Shown here: in pieces, positions 12,201 through 28,123 of the stretch
Layout: the number at the start of each line of letters is the position of its first letter
Position numbering within the stretch: position 1 is the first letter of the stretch
NCBI RefSeq assembly: GCF_009914755.1
Contig: NC_060947.1
DNA: 64,000 nt
Origin: the human T2T-CHM13v2.0 reference genome, Homo sapiens
Direction: 5' to 3' (one strand)
Notes under the pieces: generated by a model
Seen by the model: only the letters and a program-made list of their open reading frames with translations
Database searches by the model: none
Told to the model about the DNA's origin: nothing
Position numbers and translations under genes: made by a program

Positions 12201-15200
12201 TGATACTTTGTATTTCCGTGCTATCAGTTGTAATGTTTTCTCTTTCATTTATGATCTCATTTATTTGAGTCCTTTTTTTCTTAATTTAGCTAAAGGTTTA
12301 TCAATTTTTTTTATAAAATCAATGCTTAGATTTATTAATGTTTTGTAAATTGTTTTTCTGTCTTTCCTTTATTTTTGGCATTGATCTTTGTTAGTTCCTT
12401 CTTTCTACTAACTTTAAGCTAAGCTTGTTCTTTTTTAGTTCTCAGAAGTATAAAGTTAGGTTGTTTATTTAAGGTCTCTATCTTTTTTTAATGTAACCAT
12501 TTATCACTATCAACTTCCCTCTTAAGACTGCTTTCACTGCATTCCATAAGATTTGGTATGTTGTATTTCCATTTTCACCTGTTTCAGGATATCTTTTAAC
12601 TTCCCTTTTTTTTAATTTCTTCTTTGACCCATTGGTTGTTAAGGAGTGTGATTTTAATTTCCACATATTTGTTAATTTTCAGTTTGCTTCCTGTTATTAA
12701 CTTCTAGTTTTACATACTTGTTGTTGAAAAAGATGTTTGATATGATTTCAAACTTCTTAAATTTGTTACGACTTGTTGTGTGGCCTCACATGATCTATCA
12801 TGAAGAATGTTCCATGTGTACTTGGGACATATGTGAATTCTGGTACTGTTGGATAGAATGTTCTGTATATGTGAAGTCCATTTGATCTAAAGTATAGTTC
12901 AAGTTCAATCTTTCCTCATTAATTTTTTGTATGGATGATCTATCCATTACTAAAAATTGTATTGGTGTGGCTTGGCTCTGTGTTCCCACCCAAATCTCAT
13001 GTCAAATTGTAATCCCCATGTATCAGAGGAGGGGCCTGGTGGGAGGTAATTGGATCATGGGGGTGATTTCCTTCTTGTTTTTCTTGTGAAGGTGAATGAG
13101 TTCTCACAATATCTAATGGTTTAAAAGTGTGTGACACTTCCCCCTTCGCTATCTCTCTCTCCTGCCCTGCCATGCTTGTTTCCCTTCACCTTCTGCTGTG
13201 ATTGTAAGTTTTCTGAGGCCTCCCAGCGATTTTTTCTATACAGCCTGCATAACTGTGAGTAAATTAAACCTCTTTTCTTCATAAATTACCCAGTCTCAAG
13301 TAGTTCTTTATGGCAATGTGAGAACAAACTAATACAGAAAATTGGGACCAAAAGAGTGAGGCACTGCTGTAAAGATACCTGAAAATGTGGAAGCCACTTT
13401 GGGAGTAGGGCAGAGACTGGTACAGTTTAGAGGGGTCAGAAGAAGACATGAAGATGTGGGAAAGTTTGGAACCTTGTAGATACTTGTTGAATGGTTTTGA
13501 CCAAAATGCTGATAGTGATGTGGACAATGAAATCCAGGCTGAGTTGGTCTCAGATGGAAATGAGGAACTTATTGGGAACTGGAGTAAAGGTCACTCTTGC
13601 TATGTTTTACCGAAAAGACTGGTGGCATTTTTCCTCTGCTATAGAGATCTGTTGGAACTTTGAAGCTGAGAGAGATGATTTAGGGTATCTGGCAGAAGAA
13701 ATTTCTAAGCAGCAAAGTGTTCAAGATGTGGTCTGGCTGCTCCTTACATCATGCAGTAATATGCTGTCACAAAAAGATGGTCTGAAATTGGGACTTACAT
13801 TTAAAAGGGAAGCAGAGCATAAAATTTTGGAAAATTCACAGACTGACGATGTGGTAGAAAAGAAAAACCCATTATCTGGGAAGGAATTAAAGCCAGCTGC
13901 AGAAATTTGCATAAATAAACAGGAGCCAAATGTTAATAGCCAAGACAGTGGGGGAAAGTTTCTTCAGGTCATGCCAAAGACCTTCATTGCAGCCCCTCCC
14001 ATCACATGCCCTGAGACCTAGGAGAAAAAAATGGTTTCATGGGCCACATTCTAGGCGCAGTAGATCTATACAGCCTCATCATATGGTTCCCTGTGTCCCA
14101 GCTGCTCCATCTCGAGCCATAGCTAAAAGGGGTGAAGGTAAGCTTGGGCCATTGCTTCAGAGGATGTAAACCCCAAGCATTGGCAGCTTCCACATGGTGT
14201 TGGGCCTTCAGGTGTGCAGAAGACAGGAGTTGAGGTTTGGGAACCTCTGCCTAGGTTTCAGAGGATGTATGGAAATGCCTGGATGTCCAGGCAGAAGTCT
14301 TCTGCAGAAGCAGAGACCTCATGGAGAACCTCTGCTATGGCAGTGCAGAGGGTAAATATGAGCTTAGAGCCCCCATACAGAGTCCCCACTGGGGCACTGC
14401 CAAGTGGAGCTGTTAGAAAAGGGCCACCATCCTCCAGGCCCCAGAATGGTAGATCTACCAACAGCTTGCACCATGCACCTGGAAGAGCCACAGACACTCA
14501 ACACCAGCCCATGAAAACAGCTATGAGGGCTGTGCCCTGCAGAGCCACATAGGTGGTGCTGCCCAAGACTTTAAGAGCCCACCCTTTGTATTGGCATGCT
14601 CTGGATGTGAGACATGAAGTCAAAGGGGATTATTTTGGAGTTTTGAGATTTAATGACTGCCCTGCTGGGTTTTGGACTTGACTGGGGCCTGTAGCCCCTT
14701 TGTTTTGGCCAGTTTCTCTCTTTTGAAATGGGAGCATTTACCCAGTGCCTGTACCCCATTGTATCTTGGAATTAACTAACTTGTTTTTTGATTTTACAGG
14801 CTCATAGGTAGAAAGGAATTGCCTTGTCTCAGATGAGACTTTGGACTTGGACTTTTGAGTTAATGCTGGAATGAGTTAAGACTTTGTGTGATTGTTGGGA
14901 AGACAAGATTGATTTTAAAGTGTGAGAAGAACATGACATTTTGGAGGGGCCAGAGGTGGAATGATATAGTTTGCCTCCATGTCCCCACCCAAACCTCATG
15001 TCAAATTGTAATTCCCATGTGTCAGGAGAGGGGCTTGGTGGGAGATGATTGGATCATGGGGGCAGATTTCTCCCTTGCTGTTCTCATGATAGTGGGTGAG
15101 TTCTCATGAGATCTGATGGTTTAAAAGTGTGTTGCACTTCCGCTTTTGCTCTCTTTCTCTCTTGCTCCACTATGGTAAGATGTGCTTTCTTCCTCTTCAC

Positions 15201-15445
15201 CTCCTGCCATGACTGCAAGCTTCCTGAGGCCTGCCAGCCATGCATACTATACAGCCGGTAGAACTGTGTGTCAGTTAAACCTCTTTTATTTATAAATTTC
15301 ACAGTCTCAGGTAGCTCTTTATAACAGCATGGGAACAGACTAATACGGGTATATTTGTTGTCTATTTCTCTCTTCAGATTTGTTAATATTTACTTTATAG
15401 ATTTAGATTCCCTGATATTGAGTGCACATCTATTTACAATTCTTT
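9230..15445 (-). mobile_element. L1MA8/L1MA9-like LINE-1 (3'UTR and ORF2), interrupted by the MSTA provirus and resuming at 15348-15445
   Basis: T-rich tail, L1MA 3'UTR motif 'actatagtcaccatgctatacattaggtctccagaacttattt'; ORF2 remnant 11362-11637 ([11 protein letters not shown]...[10 protein letters not shown]). Confidence 0.88.
12963..15347 (+). mobile_element. Complete MSTA (ERVL-MaLR) element: 5' LTR 12963-13336, internal region 13337-14961, 3' LTR 14962-15347
   Basis: Two direct LTRs (tg..tggcttggctctgtg...actaataca and tgatatagtttg...actaatacg); the internal region carries MaLR ORF remnants (13491-14021, 14214-14552 WEPLPRFQRMYGNAWMSRQK); purine tract before the 3' LTR; TSD tgtat/ggtat. 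Confidence 0.93.
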
Positions 15446-16013
15446 ACTACCAATTTTTAAATACACATCTTGCAATCAATTTTCCTGAACACATCCTATG
15501 TTTGTTATCTCCTTGTCTATTACCCCACTCTCACTTGTGGAAAAACTACCTATACTTTCTCAAATACTATTATCCTTATGTCTGAAATGAAATACAAATT
15601 CTTTCTCTTTTCCATTATTACCCCTATGGCCAAAGTTAAAAACGTGCAAGTATAAGCAAACATAATCCATCACGCATATAAAGTCACTGCAATATTTTGC
15701 TGTTTGTTATAGTTTTAAAAATACATTATGTATTTATTCTTTTTTAATTACAAAAGCAGTATATGATCAAGGTATCATGTGTAAAAAAAGTATTCAATAA
15801 ACAATAATCTTCCCCTAACTCCTGTTTACACCCATCTCCACTGAGTTAACCAATATCTCAAGTCTGGTATGTTCTTTGCCACAACTTTCTCCTACAAAAA
15901 TAGCATCATACCAACTATACACATGACTCTTCAAATTGCCTTTTGTACTTAATAAAATATTTTGGGGATTAAAGACATATGTACCACATCAAACTATGAA
16001 ACTACTAGAAGAA

Positions 16014-16117
16014 AATATTAGAGAATTTCTAATATTTAATTTAAATATTTCTAATATTTAAATTAAATATTAGAGAATTTCTAATATTAGAGACCACTGA
16101 CTTCAAGTCAGTGGTCT
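16014..16117. repeat. Cluster of perfect inverted repeats (22-bp arms with 3-nt loop; 13-bp arms with 1-nt loop)
   Basis: 16028-16049 tctaatatttaatttaaatatt / 16053-16074 aatatttaaattaaatattaga; 16091-16103 agaccactgactt / 16105-16117 aagtcagtggtct. Confidence 0.95.
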
Positions 16118-16822
16118 GGGAAAACAATTCAAGTAAGACCTCAAAAGCAAAAATGAAGAAATGGGATTACATCAAACAGAAAAGCTTCTGAATATCAAAG
16201 GAAACAATATAAAGAGTGAAGAGACAACCTACAGAATGGGGGAAATATTTGCAAACTATTCATTTGACAAAGGATTAATAACCAGAATATTAACTTAATT
16301 CAAGTCAAACAACTCAACAGCGAGAAAACAAATAATCCAATTTAAATGGGCAATTGATCTGAATGGATATTCATCAAAAGAAGACATACAAATGGCCAAC
16401 AGGTATATTAAAAAAGCTACTGAACATCATGATTCATCAGAGATATGCAAATTGAATGAAATTCAATTCATCTAAATCCAATTCATAATGAGATATCATG
16501 TTGCCCACTCAAAATGGATATTGTCAAAAAGTTAAAAAATAACAAATGCTGGAAAGGATGTGGAGAAAAGTGAACTCTCACACACTGTTGGTGGGAATGA
16601 AAATTAGTACAGCTATGATGAAAAACCATATGGAGTTCCCTCAAAAAACTAAAAATAGAACTACCATATGATCTAGCAATCCCACTGCTGGTATATATCC
16701 AAAAGAAAGAAAGGAAATCAGTATATCAAAGAGATATCAGCACTCCCATGTTTATTGCAGCACTATTCACAATAGCCAATATGTGGAATCAACTTTAATG
16801 TGTATTAATGGGTAAAGAAAAA

Positions 16823-17849
16823 TTAAAAACAAACAAATGAGATCTAATTAAAGAGCTTCTGCACAGCAAAAGAAACTATTAACAAACAGACAACCTACAG
16901 AATTAGAGAAAATATTTGCAAACTGTACATCTGACAAAGGTCTAATATACAGCATCTATAAGGAGCTTAAACAAATTTACAAGCAATAACCAAACAACCT
17001 CATTAAAAAGTAGGCAAAGGACATAAACAGACACTTTTCAAAAGAAGACATACACGTGGCCAACAAACATATGAACAAATGCTCACTGTCACTAATCATT
17101 AGAGAAATGCAAATTAAAATCACAATGAGATAGCATCTCACACCAGTCAGAATAGCTATTATTAAAAAGCCAAAAACAACAGATGCTGGTAAGGTTGTAG
17201 AGCAAAAGGAATGCTATACACTGAGGCTGGGATGTAAATTTGTTCTACCATTGTGGAAAGCAGTGTAGCAATTCCTCAAATAACTAAAACCAGAACTACC
17301 ATTCAACACAGCAATCCTATTACTTGGTATATACCCAAAGGAATATAAATCATTCCACCATAAAGAGACAGGCACATGTATGTTCATTGCAGCACTCTTC
17401 ACAATAGCAAAGACATAGGATCAAGCTAAATGTCCATCAATGGTAGACTGTATTAAAAATGTGGTACATATACACCATGGAATACTATGCAGCCATAAAA
17501 AAGAATGAGACCATGTCCTTTGCAGAATCATGGATGAAGCTGGAGGCCATTATCCTTAGCAAAATAATGAAGAAACAGAAAATCAAATACCACATATTCT
17601 CACTTATAAGTGTGAATTAAATAATGAGACACAATGGACACAAAAAGGAAAACAATAAACATCAGGGCCTGCTTGAGACAGGAGAGTGGAAGGAGGGAGA
17701 GAATCCAGAAAAATAACTATCAAGTTCTATGCTTAGTCCTGGGTGACAAAATAATCTGTACACCAAACCCCCATGACATGAGTTTGCCTTTATTAACAAA
17801 CCTGCACATGTACCCCTGAACCTAAAATAAAATTTAAAAATAACTTAAA
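16823..17849 (+). mobile_element. 5'-truncated L1PA13-like element nested in L1MA
   Basis: 3'UTR 'ggaggagggagagaatccagaaaaataactat...gggtgacaaaataatctgtacaccaaacccccatgac...tacccctgaacctaaaataaaa'. Confidence 0.85.
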
Positions 17850-18694
17850 ATGAGGGATATATACACAATAGAATATGATTCAGTCTTAAAAAGAATAAAG
17901 TTCTGTCATTTACAGTCACATGGATGGAACCGGAGATCATCGTGTTAAGTGAAATAGACCAGGCACAGAAAGACAAACATCACATGTTCTCACTCATATT
18001 TGGGGGCTAAAATAGTTTTTCTCATGGAGGTAGAGAGTAGAATGGTGGTTACTGGAGGCTGGTAAGAGTGGTAAAATGGGAGATGAAGAGAGGTTGTTTA
18101 ATGGATACAAAAGCACAGTTAAATAGAAACAACAAGTTCTAGTGTTAGGTAGCACAGTAAGGTGACTACAGTTATTGCTAATTTATTATATGTTTCAAAA
18201 TAACTAGAAGAGAAGATTTGAAATGTTCTCAACAAAAATAAATGATAAAAGTTTGAGGTGATGGATAGCTCACCCAACCTGACTTGATCATTACACACTG
18301 TATGCTTGTATCAAAATATCACATATCCACATCAATATGTACAAGTATTATGTAGCAATAAAAGTATTTTGAATATCCATCTAGGTCAAGAAATAGAGGT
18401 TTCATGCACTCTTTCCACTAGCATCGCAAGAATCTGTAGTTTTAATACACCATGAAGTATTCAGTGATCCCATTATTTATGATCATTCAGATCACTTCCA
18501 ATTTTTGTACTGTTGAAATTCAGGCTGCATATATATCAATCTTTATGTAGTGATATTCTTTCTCTATGCTAGCAATAACAGGTCAATACTTTTTAAGTTT
18601 AGTCGAGTTCCAATCATAACTTAAATGTACCTTTCCTTGAGACTGATCTAAATGAGTTTTAAAATTCATATGGAAGAGTAAATGTCTGCAAATA

Positions 18695-18780
18695 ACCACT
18701 GTTTCCTTATCTGTAAACTGAGAGTAATGTGGGTAAATAATATTCTGACCTCATAGGGCTAGCAGGAGCATTAAATACTA
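18695..18780 (+). mobile_element. MIR fragment
   Basis: gtttccttatctgtaaactgagagtaat...acctcatagggct...gagcattaaat. Confidence 0.55.
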
Positions 18781-19510
18781 TAAGAATATAGTTACATCAA
18801 CTGATCACTTACTTTCTGACTATAAAAAAGTATATGAAGTAGTTCCTTCCCTCAGAGTTTTCAACAGTCATTTTGTTTTTTACCTCAGCTTGGTCGTTTG
18901 CCTGCTTTACCTTTATAACCTGGTATACACGGTCCTAAAGTAGAACTATTTTAGAAGATATTACTAATTTAAAAAATGCAACTTTAGAGATTTTTACCTA
19001 AAAAGATGATAGGGACTTGGAAGCAAGAAGAAATAGGATCAATTTACTTGGAATTTAGAGAGATATAGAAAACATTCCATATAAAATCAATATTTGCTAT
19101 TTAATTACAATAATTTGGAATAATAAATTTATCCAAACAGCAAATTTAGGTGCTTACATAATACATAAATAATTGATATAAATTTTTTATTTTAAATTTG
19201 TTGACGTACGATCACTACATAGTCAACTTTTTTGTCTAAAATGTCCTGAAAAAGTTGTCCATAGTTATTAATTTATTGAAGCTCATAAGAACCTCACTTA
19301 ACAATAATCTTGAAATGGTCTATTCTAGCCAGGTTGCATTGAAACCTTTTTATATGCCAAAATGTGTCCAGATTAAAGATGCATTTTTACAGGAAGCACA
19401 TACAACATAAAGTGAAGCATTCTTGAATAACCCTTGCTTCCAAAATGATCAAGTACATAAACTTTCTCATGTATGTCATGATATTATTAAAATTTCTACT
19501 TTGAACATCC

Positions 19511-20154
19511 TGCTGGTGGGACTGTAAACTAGTTCAACCATTGTGGAAGACAATGTGGTGATTCCTCAAGGATCTAAAACCAGAAATACCATTTGACCCA
19601 TCAATCCCATTACTGGGTATATACCCCCCAAAATTGTAAATCATTCTACTACAAAGACACATGCACACGTATGTTTGTTGCAGCACTATTCACAATAGCA
19701 AAGACTTGGAACCACCCAAATGCTCATCAATGATAGACTGGATAAAGAAAATGTGGCACATATACACCACGGAATACTATGCAGCCATAAAAAAGGATGA
19801 GTGCATGTCCTTTGCGGGGACATGGATGAAGCTGGAAACCATCATTCTCAGCAAACTAATACAGTAATAGAAAACCAAACACCACATGTTCTCACTCATA
19901 AGTGGGAGCTGTACAATGAGAACACATGGAAACAGGGAGGGGAACATCACACACCAGGGCCTGTTGGGGGGTGGGGGGGTGGGGGGCTGGGGAAGGCATA
20001 GCATTAGGAGAAATACCTAATGTAGATGATGGGTTGATGGGTGCAGCAAACCACCATGGCACATGTATACCTATGTAACAAACCTGCATGTTCTGCACAT
20101 GTATCCCAGAACTTAAAGTATAGAATAATAATAATAATAATAGTAATAATATAA
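19511..20154 (+). mobile_element. 5'-truncated L1PA7/8-like element with (AAT)n tail
   Basis: ORF2 C-terminus ([23 protein letters not shown]...[12 protein letters not shown]), G-rich 3'UTR tract, 'gttgatgggtgcagcaaaccaccatggcac...cccagaacttaaagta'. Confidence 0.92.
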
Positions 20155-20580
20155 TGGTGGTTTTGCACTAAGCATTGATGAAAAACAATTGAGAGTAACA
20201 CATTTGTTGGGTGATCATGTAGAAATAACTTCTTTCATAATAAATCCATTATAATGACATAAACTATTAGTAAATTATTACAGTAGTTAGGTTTTGCATA
20301 AATTAGAAACCATTGTGGGCTAATCTTGTATATAAATCTGGAATAATTTTATGCCACAACCAATTACTTCTATTGACGAGAATGTCACTGTCATTATGAA
20401 ATAGATATGTATATGACTGCCTCAATGGCTTTGGTCAGCATTGTTTGTATTAATGGCATTTTTGCAGTATATTGTTTGGGAGCTAATCCTTATTAAAGAT
20501 AAGATGAGAAAATACAAGATCAATTCAATGTACATAAGAAAATATGCGATATTTATCCTAGGGTTTTGGGTGCCTGTCAC

Positions 20581-22172
<1,592 letters not shown>

Positions 22173-22437
22173 TAGTTTCTTTCTTTCTTTTAAAGTTAAT
22201 ATGTATTTTAAACCTGGAAATATGTGCACAATTAGTATTAAGTAATAATAATAATAAAGAGCTCTTCCCAATTCTATAAAACCCCGATTTCTGCTCCCAA
22301 AACATAATCATTTTCTGCTATTTTACTTGTTTTTTCTGGATTCTAATTTCATATTTGTAAATGATGTACTATTTCTAAAAGTTTTCATTTCCACAACTAT
22401 CTGTCAATTTCCTGTTATAGTCGATGAAATTTCTTAC

Positions 22438-22439
<2 letters not shown>

Positions 22440-22472
<33 letters not shown>
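22440..22472. repeat. (CA)n microsatellite
   Basis: About 16 CA units. Confidence 0.97.
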
Positions 22473-22476
<4 letters not shown>

Positions 22477-24588
22477 CCTGCCCTCATCCTCCCAAAATAG
22501 TTATATAACATTTAAAAAAATCAATGGCTAGTGTTAATATTATTATGACCATATAAGCATTTTCTGTGGAGCCAAGTTATGTACCATTATTATGTTTATT
22601 ATGTTTTAATTTTCCCCTGGAGATAGTACTTGCTCAATGTTTTCTCTTGTTTGGGGATCTGTGTATATATTCTTAATTACTTTCTCATGCTCTGTCAGGT
22701 TCGTTATACATTAATATAATTTTCCAAGTGATCAAATACTTCGGGCAATACACCAATTCCAGTTTTTATGGGAAGCCTTCCTCCCAGAGACCACTGTTTT
22801 CCCTCTATCTGGACTGGTTTCTCTCTGGGCCTGCTACTCAGCCAAAATTCTTGAACTTCTCTTTGCCACCACGTTGAAAATTATTTCACTTTTTTGTCAT
22901 GTTAGAGCCCCTGCTTCCTGAGTCTTATGTCTTCCTCTTTCTTGATTTTTTAAGTGAGGTATAATTTATTTACAATAAAATTCATAGATAAATGTACAAT
23001 TTGGTGGGTTTTGGCAACTGTATACACATATATACTCACCACCCAAATGAAGATATAGAACATTCCAATAACCCCCAGAATGCTCCCACTTACCCATTTC
23101 CAGTTAATTATCCTTCACACCAGAGGCAACCATCACTGTGATTTCCATCACCATAGATTTATTTTGCCTGTTTTAGAAATGGAGTCATAGAGTGTTTATT
23201 CTTTTGTGTTCCACTTTTGTTCAACATGATATTGTGATTCATCCTTATCATTGGTCATCCTTTTTATTTTTAAGCAGTATTCCATTGAATGAATATACCA
23301 CTGTCTGTTTATCCATCATCCTGCTGATGTACATTTGGATTATTTTTTTTGGAGCATTTATGAATAAGCTGCAAGAACAGTCTTGTACAAGTCTTTTGTG
23401 GACATATGTTTTGATTTCTCTTGGGTAAGTGCCTAGGAATGGAATTGCTCAACATGGAGTAAGTGTATGTTTGAACGTATTAAAAACTGTCAGTGTCCCA
23501 AAGTTGTGCCATTTTACATTCCCACCAGAAATATATGTGAGTCCTAGTTTCTCTACATCCTTGTCAACATTTGGTATTGTTAGTCTTTACTTCAGACGTT
23601 TTTGTGGGTGTAAGATGGTATATCCTTATAGCTTTAATTTGCATTTTCCTGATGACTAATGATAAGCACATTCCTCGAGCTTATTGCCTGTGTGTATCTT
23701 TTGTGAAGTGTCTGTTCAAATCTTTTGTCCACTTCTTAAATTGGTGGTGTGACTTTTACTAATGATTTGCAGAAGTTCTTTAAATACCCTGGATGCAAAT
23801 CCTTTATCAGATATATGTATTGTGAATGTTTTCTCCAAGTTTATTTTTAGCCCATTAGTTTATCATTTTATTTTTAAATTGAGATATAACATACATATAG
23901 TAAGGGGCACAAATCTTAAGGTAAAATTTGATGAACTTTTACATATGCATATACCCACATAACAACCACTTCAAAGATTTCTAGTATCACAGACAACTTC
24001 ATGCATTTCCTAGTCAACACATACCCTCAGAGGGAACCACTCTTCTGATTTCCATTGCTTATCACCTCTCCTTTAAATTAATATAAATGGATTATATGTA
24101 TTCTTTTGCATGTATGTATGTATGTGTCTGAATTCTCTGACACATTATGTCAGAGGGTCAGCTATGTTATTGTGTGTAGCAGTAGTTAATTGTTTTTATT
24201 AATATATATTATTGCACTTTGTGTACATACCACAATTTATGCTTTTCACTGTTGCTAAACTTTTATATTTTCTGGTTTGGGGCTATCATTAATAAAGCTG
24301 TTATTATTATACAAGTGTTTTGTTGGGCATATGATCAAACTTCTCTTGGGTACATAGTGAATTCTGGGTCATGAGGTATGCATGTGTTTATCTTTACTAG
24401 CTACTACCAGTTTTCCAAAGTGATCATATGAATTTACACCATTATCTGCAATGTATAATAGTCGTCGGTTTTTCCTCATTCTCAACAGCACTAGATATTG
24501 TTAGCCATTTTAATTTTAGCCATTCTGGTGGGTGTGTAGTTATTTTATATTGTATTTTTTCAAACTTTTTATTTTGAAATAATTGTAG

Positions 24589-24887
<299 letters not shown>

Positions 24888-25636
24888 GACAACTATGTTT
24901 TTTTCACCGTTTCCTTCCAGTCATAATATCTTATATAACTATAGTACAATAGCAAAACCGGGAAATTCACATCGATTTAATACTGTCAACTAGAGACCTT
25001 ACTCAGATTTCACCAGTTCTTACATGCATTCCTTTGTGCATGTGTGTGTACGTGTGTATAGCTCTATGCAATTTTATTCCATGTGTAGACTTGTGTAACC
25101 ACCATCATAATCAATTATAAAACTGTTACATTGTGGCTTTAATTTGTTTTTTTTCCTCTAATTAATGATACTGAGAACATTTTCAAATTCTTATTAGCCA
25201 TTTAGAAATTTGTGAATGGTCTAAATGTTTTGCCAATTTTTAATTGGGTGGGTATTTTCTTTATTCATTTGTAGTAATTATTTGTACATTCTGCATATGA
25301 GTTTGTTATTAGATGTTATGTATTACAAGTATTTCCTCCATTCTGTGGTTGCCGTTTTACTCTCATAATAGTCTTTTGATGAAGAGAAGTTCTTAATTTT
25401 AATGTATCAGTCTCTTATGGTTAATTCTTTTCTATCATGTTTAATAAATTTTTACCTGCCTCAAGTTCATGAAAATATTTTCTTAAAGTTTCCTCTAGAA
25501 GCTTTATATATTTTGTTTTCACAATTATGTCTATTATCCATTTCGAATTAATTTTTGGTTCAGTGTAAAGCATGGGGTCAAGGCTCACTTCATCCCCATG
25601 GATATACAATTGATCCAAAAACATTAAGTAAAATGT

Positions 25637-26310
<674 letters not shown>

Positions 26311-27201
26311 GAGAGAGAAATGGTCATCTTTTACTTTATTGAATTGTAGTAGAGATATATTATAAATCAGGACACTACATATGTGTAGACATATTTTTGA
26401 ATTGTCTTTTCTGTACAATTGGTTTATCTTCACACTAATACCACATTCTCTTAATTACTGTAACTCCATAAGAAGTTTGTTCTTTTTCTTCAAGAATTCT
26501 TGGCTATTCTAAATCCGTTGCAGTTCCCTGTAAATTTTAGAATTAGCTTGTCAGTTTTCCATGGAAAATGCTACTGGTATTTTTATTAGTATTGCATTGA
26601 ACCTATTGCTCAATTTGGGGGAAACTGACATCTTAACATTATTGAGCTTACTGATCCATAATTGTGACACATGTCTCAATTTGTTTAGGTCTTTTAAAAT
26701 TCCCTCATCAATGCTTTATAGTTTTAGTATAAAGGTCTTGCACATTTTATCAGATATTTTATAGGTGCTTATGGTGGTTTGAAGCCATGGTAAAAGTTGT
26801 TTCATTTTCCAATTGTTTCTTGCTAATATAAGATATACAATTGAATGTGTATATTAATTTTCTATCCAGAGGTCTTGCTAAATTTGTTTAATAATTCCAA
26901 AAGTTTCTTTGTAGATTATTTCTGGTCTTTGTACATAATTATATCATTTGTGAATGAAGACAATTTTGTTTATCTTTTCTACTCTTTATACATTTTACTT
27001 ATTTTTCTTGCTTATTAGGTTGACCAGATTTTACTTTTATTTACTTTGCCATGTTATAGTGAGCAGTATCTGAAGCACAATGTTGATTAGAAGTGGTAAT
27101 AGTGGCCATCCATGTTTTGTTCTCGATGTCAAGAGGAAAGCATTCAATATTTTCCAACTGAGTAGTCTAGCTCTAAGCATCCTTTATAAGAATAAGGTAG
27201 T

Positions 27202-28003
27202 TCCCTGAGGAATCGCCACACTGACTTCCACAATGGTTGAACTAGTTTACAGTCCCACCAACAGTGTAAAAGTGTTCCTATTTCTCCACATCCTCTCCAG
27301 CACCTGTTGTTTCCTGACTTTTTAATGATTGCCATTCTAACTGGTGTGAGATGGTATCTCATTGTGGTTTTGATTTGCATTTCTCTGATGGCCAGTGATG
27401 GTGAGCATTTTTTCATGTGTTTTTTGGCTGCATAAATGTCTTCTTTTGAGAAGTGTGTTCATGTCCTTCGCCCATTACTGGGTATATACCTAAAGGACTA
27501 TAAATCATGTTGCTATAAAGATGCATGCACACGTATGTTTATTGCGGCATTATTCACAATAGCAAAGACTTGGAACCAACTCAAATGTCCAACAATGATA
27601 GACTGGATTAAGAAAATGTGGCACATATACACCATGGAATACTATGCAGCCATAAAAAATGATGAGTTCATGTCCTTTGTAGGGACACGGATGAAATTGG
27701 AAATCATCATTCTCAGTAAACTATCACAAGAACAGAAAACCAAACACCGCATATTCTCATTCATAGGTGGGAAATGAACAATGAGAACACATGGACACAG
27801 GAAGGGCAACATCACACTCTGGGGACTGTTGTGGGGTGCGGCGAGGGGGGAGGGATAGCATTGGGAGATACACCTAATGCTAGATGACGAGTTAGTGGGT
27901 GCAGCGCACCAGCAGGGCACATGTATACATACGTAACTAACCTGCACATTGTGCACATGTACCCTAAAACTTAAAGTATAATAATAATACATTAAAAAAA
28001 AAA
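27202..28003 (+). mobile_element. L1PA2-like insertion with 5' inversion (inverted 27202-27474, sense 27471-28003); apparently the youngest L1 in the window
   Basis: 3'UTR 'cattgggagata...gctagatgacgagttagtgggtgcagcgcaccagca...gtaactaacctgcacatt' has GAG, not the Ta ACA; junction microhomology ccca at 27471-27474; many CpGs retained. Confidence 0.92.
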
Positions 28004-28018
28004 GAATGGGGATAACAG

Positions 28019-28123
28019 GGCCAGGCGTGGTGGCTCACGCCTGTAATCCCAGACCTTTGGGAGGCCGAGGTGGGAGGATCAGGAGGTCAAGAGTTTGAGA
28101 CCACCCTGCAAAAAAAAAAAAAA
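28019..28123 (+). mobile_element. Alu left-arm fragment (about 90 bp) ending directly in A14
   Basis: ggccaggcgtggtggctcacgcctgtaatccc...gagtttgagaccaccctgc followed by poly(A). Confidence 0.88.

Larger units (their letters stand above)
15965..18365 (+). mobile_element. L1MA4/5-like 3' fragment, interrupted by a younger L1 at 16823-17849
   Basis: ORF2 end then L1MA 3'UTR 'aagttctagtgtt...aaatgataaaagtttgaggtgatggata...atcaaaatatcacat...aataaaa'; host reads gggtaaagaaaa|tgagggatatatacac across the insertion. Confidence 0.85.

Noticed and set aside
27144-28003. Active L1Hs-Ta element
   Set aside because: It is only 0.8 kb and rearranged, and carries GAG rather than ACA at the diagnostic 3'UTR position.
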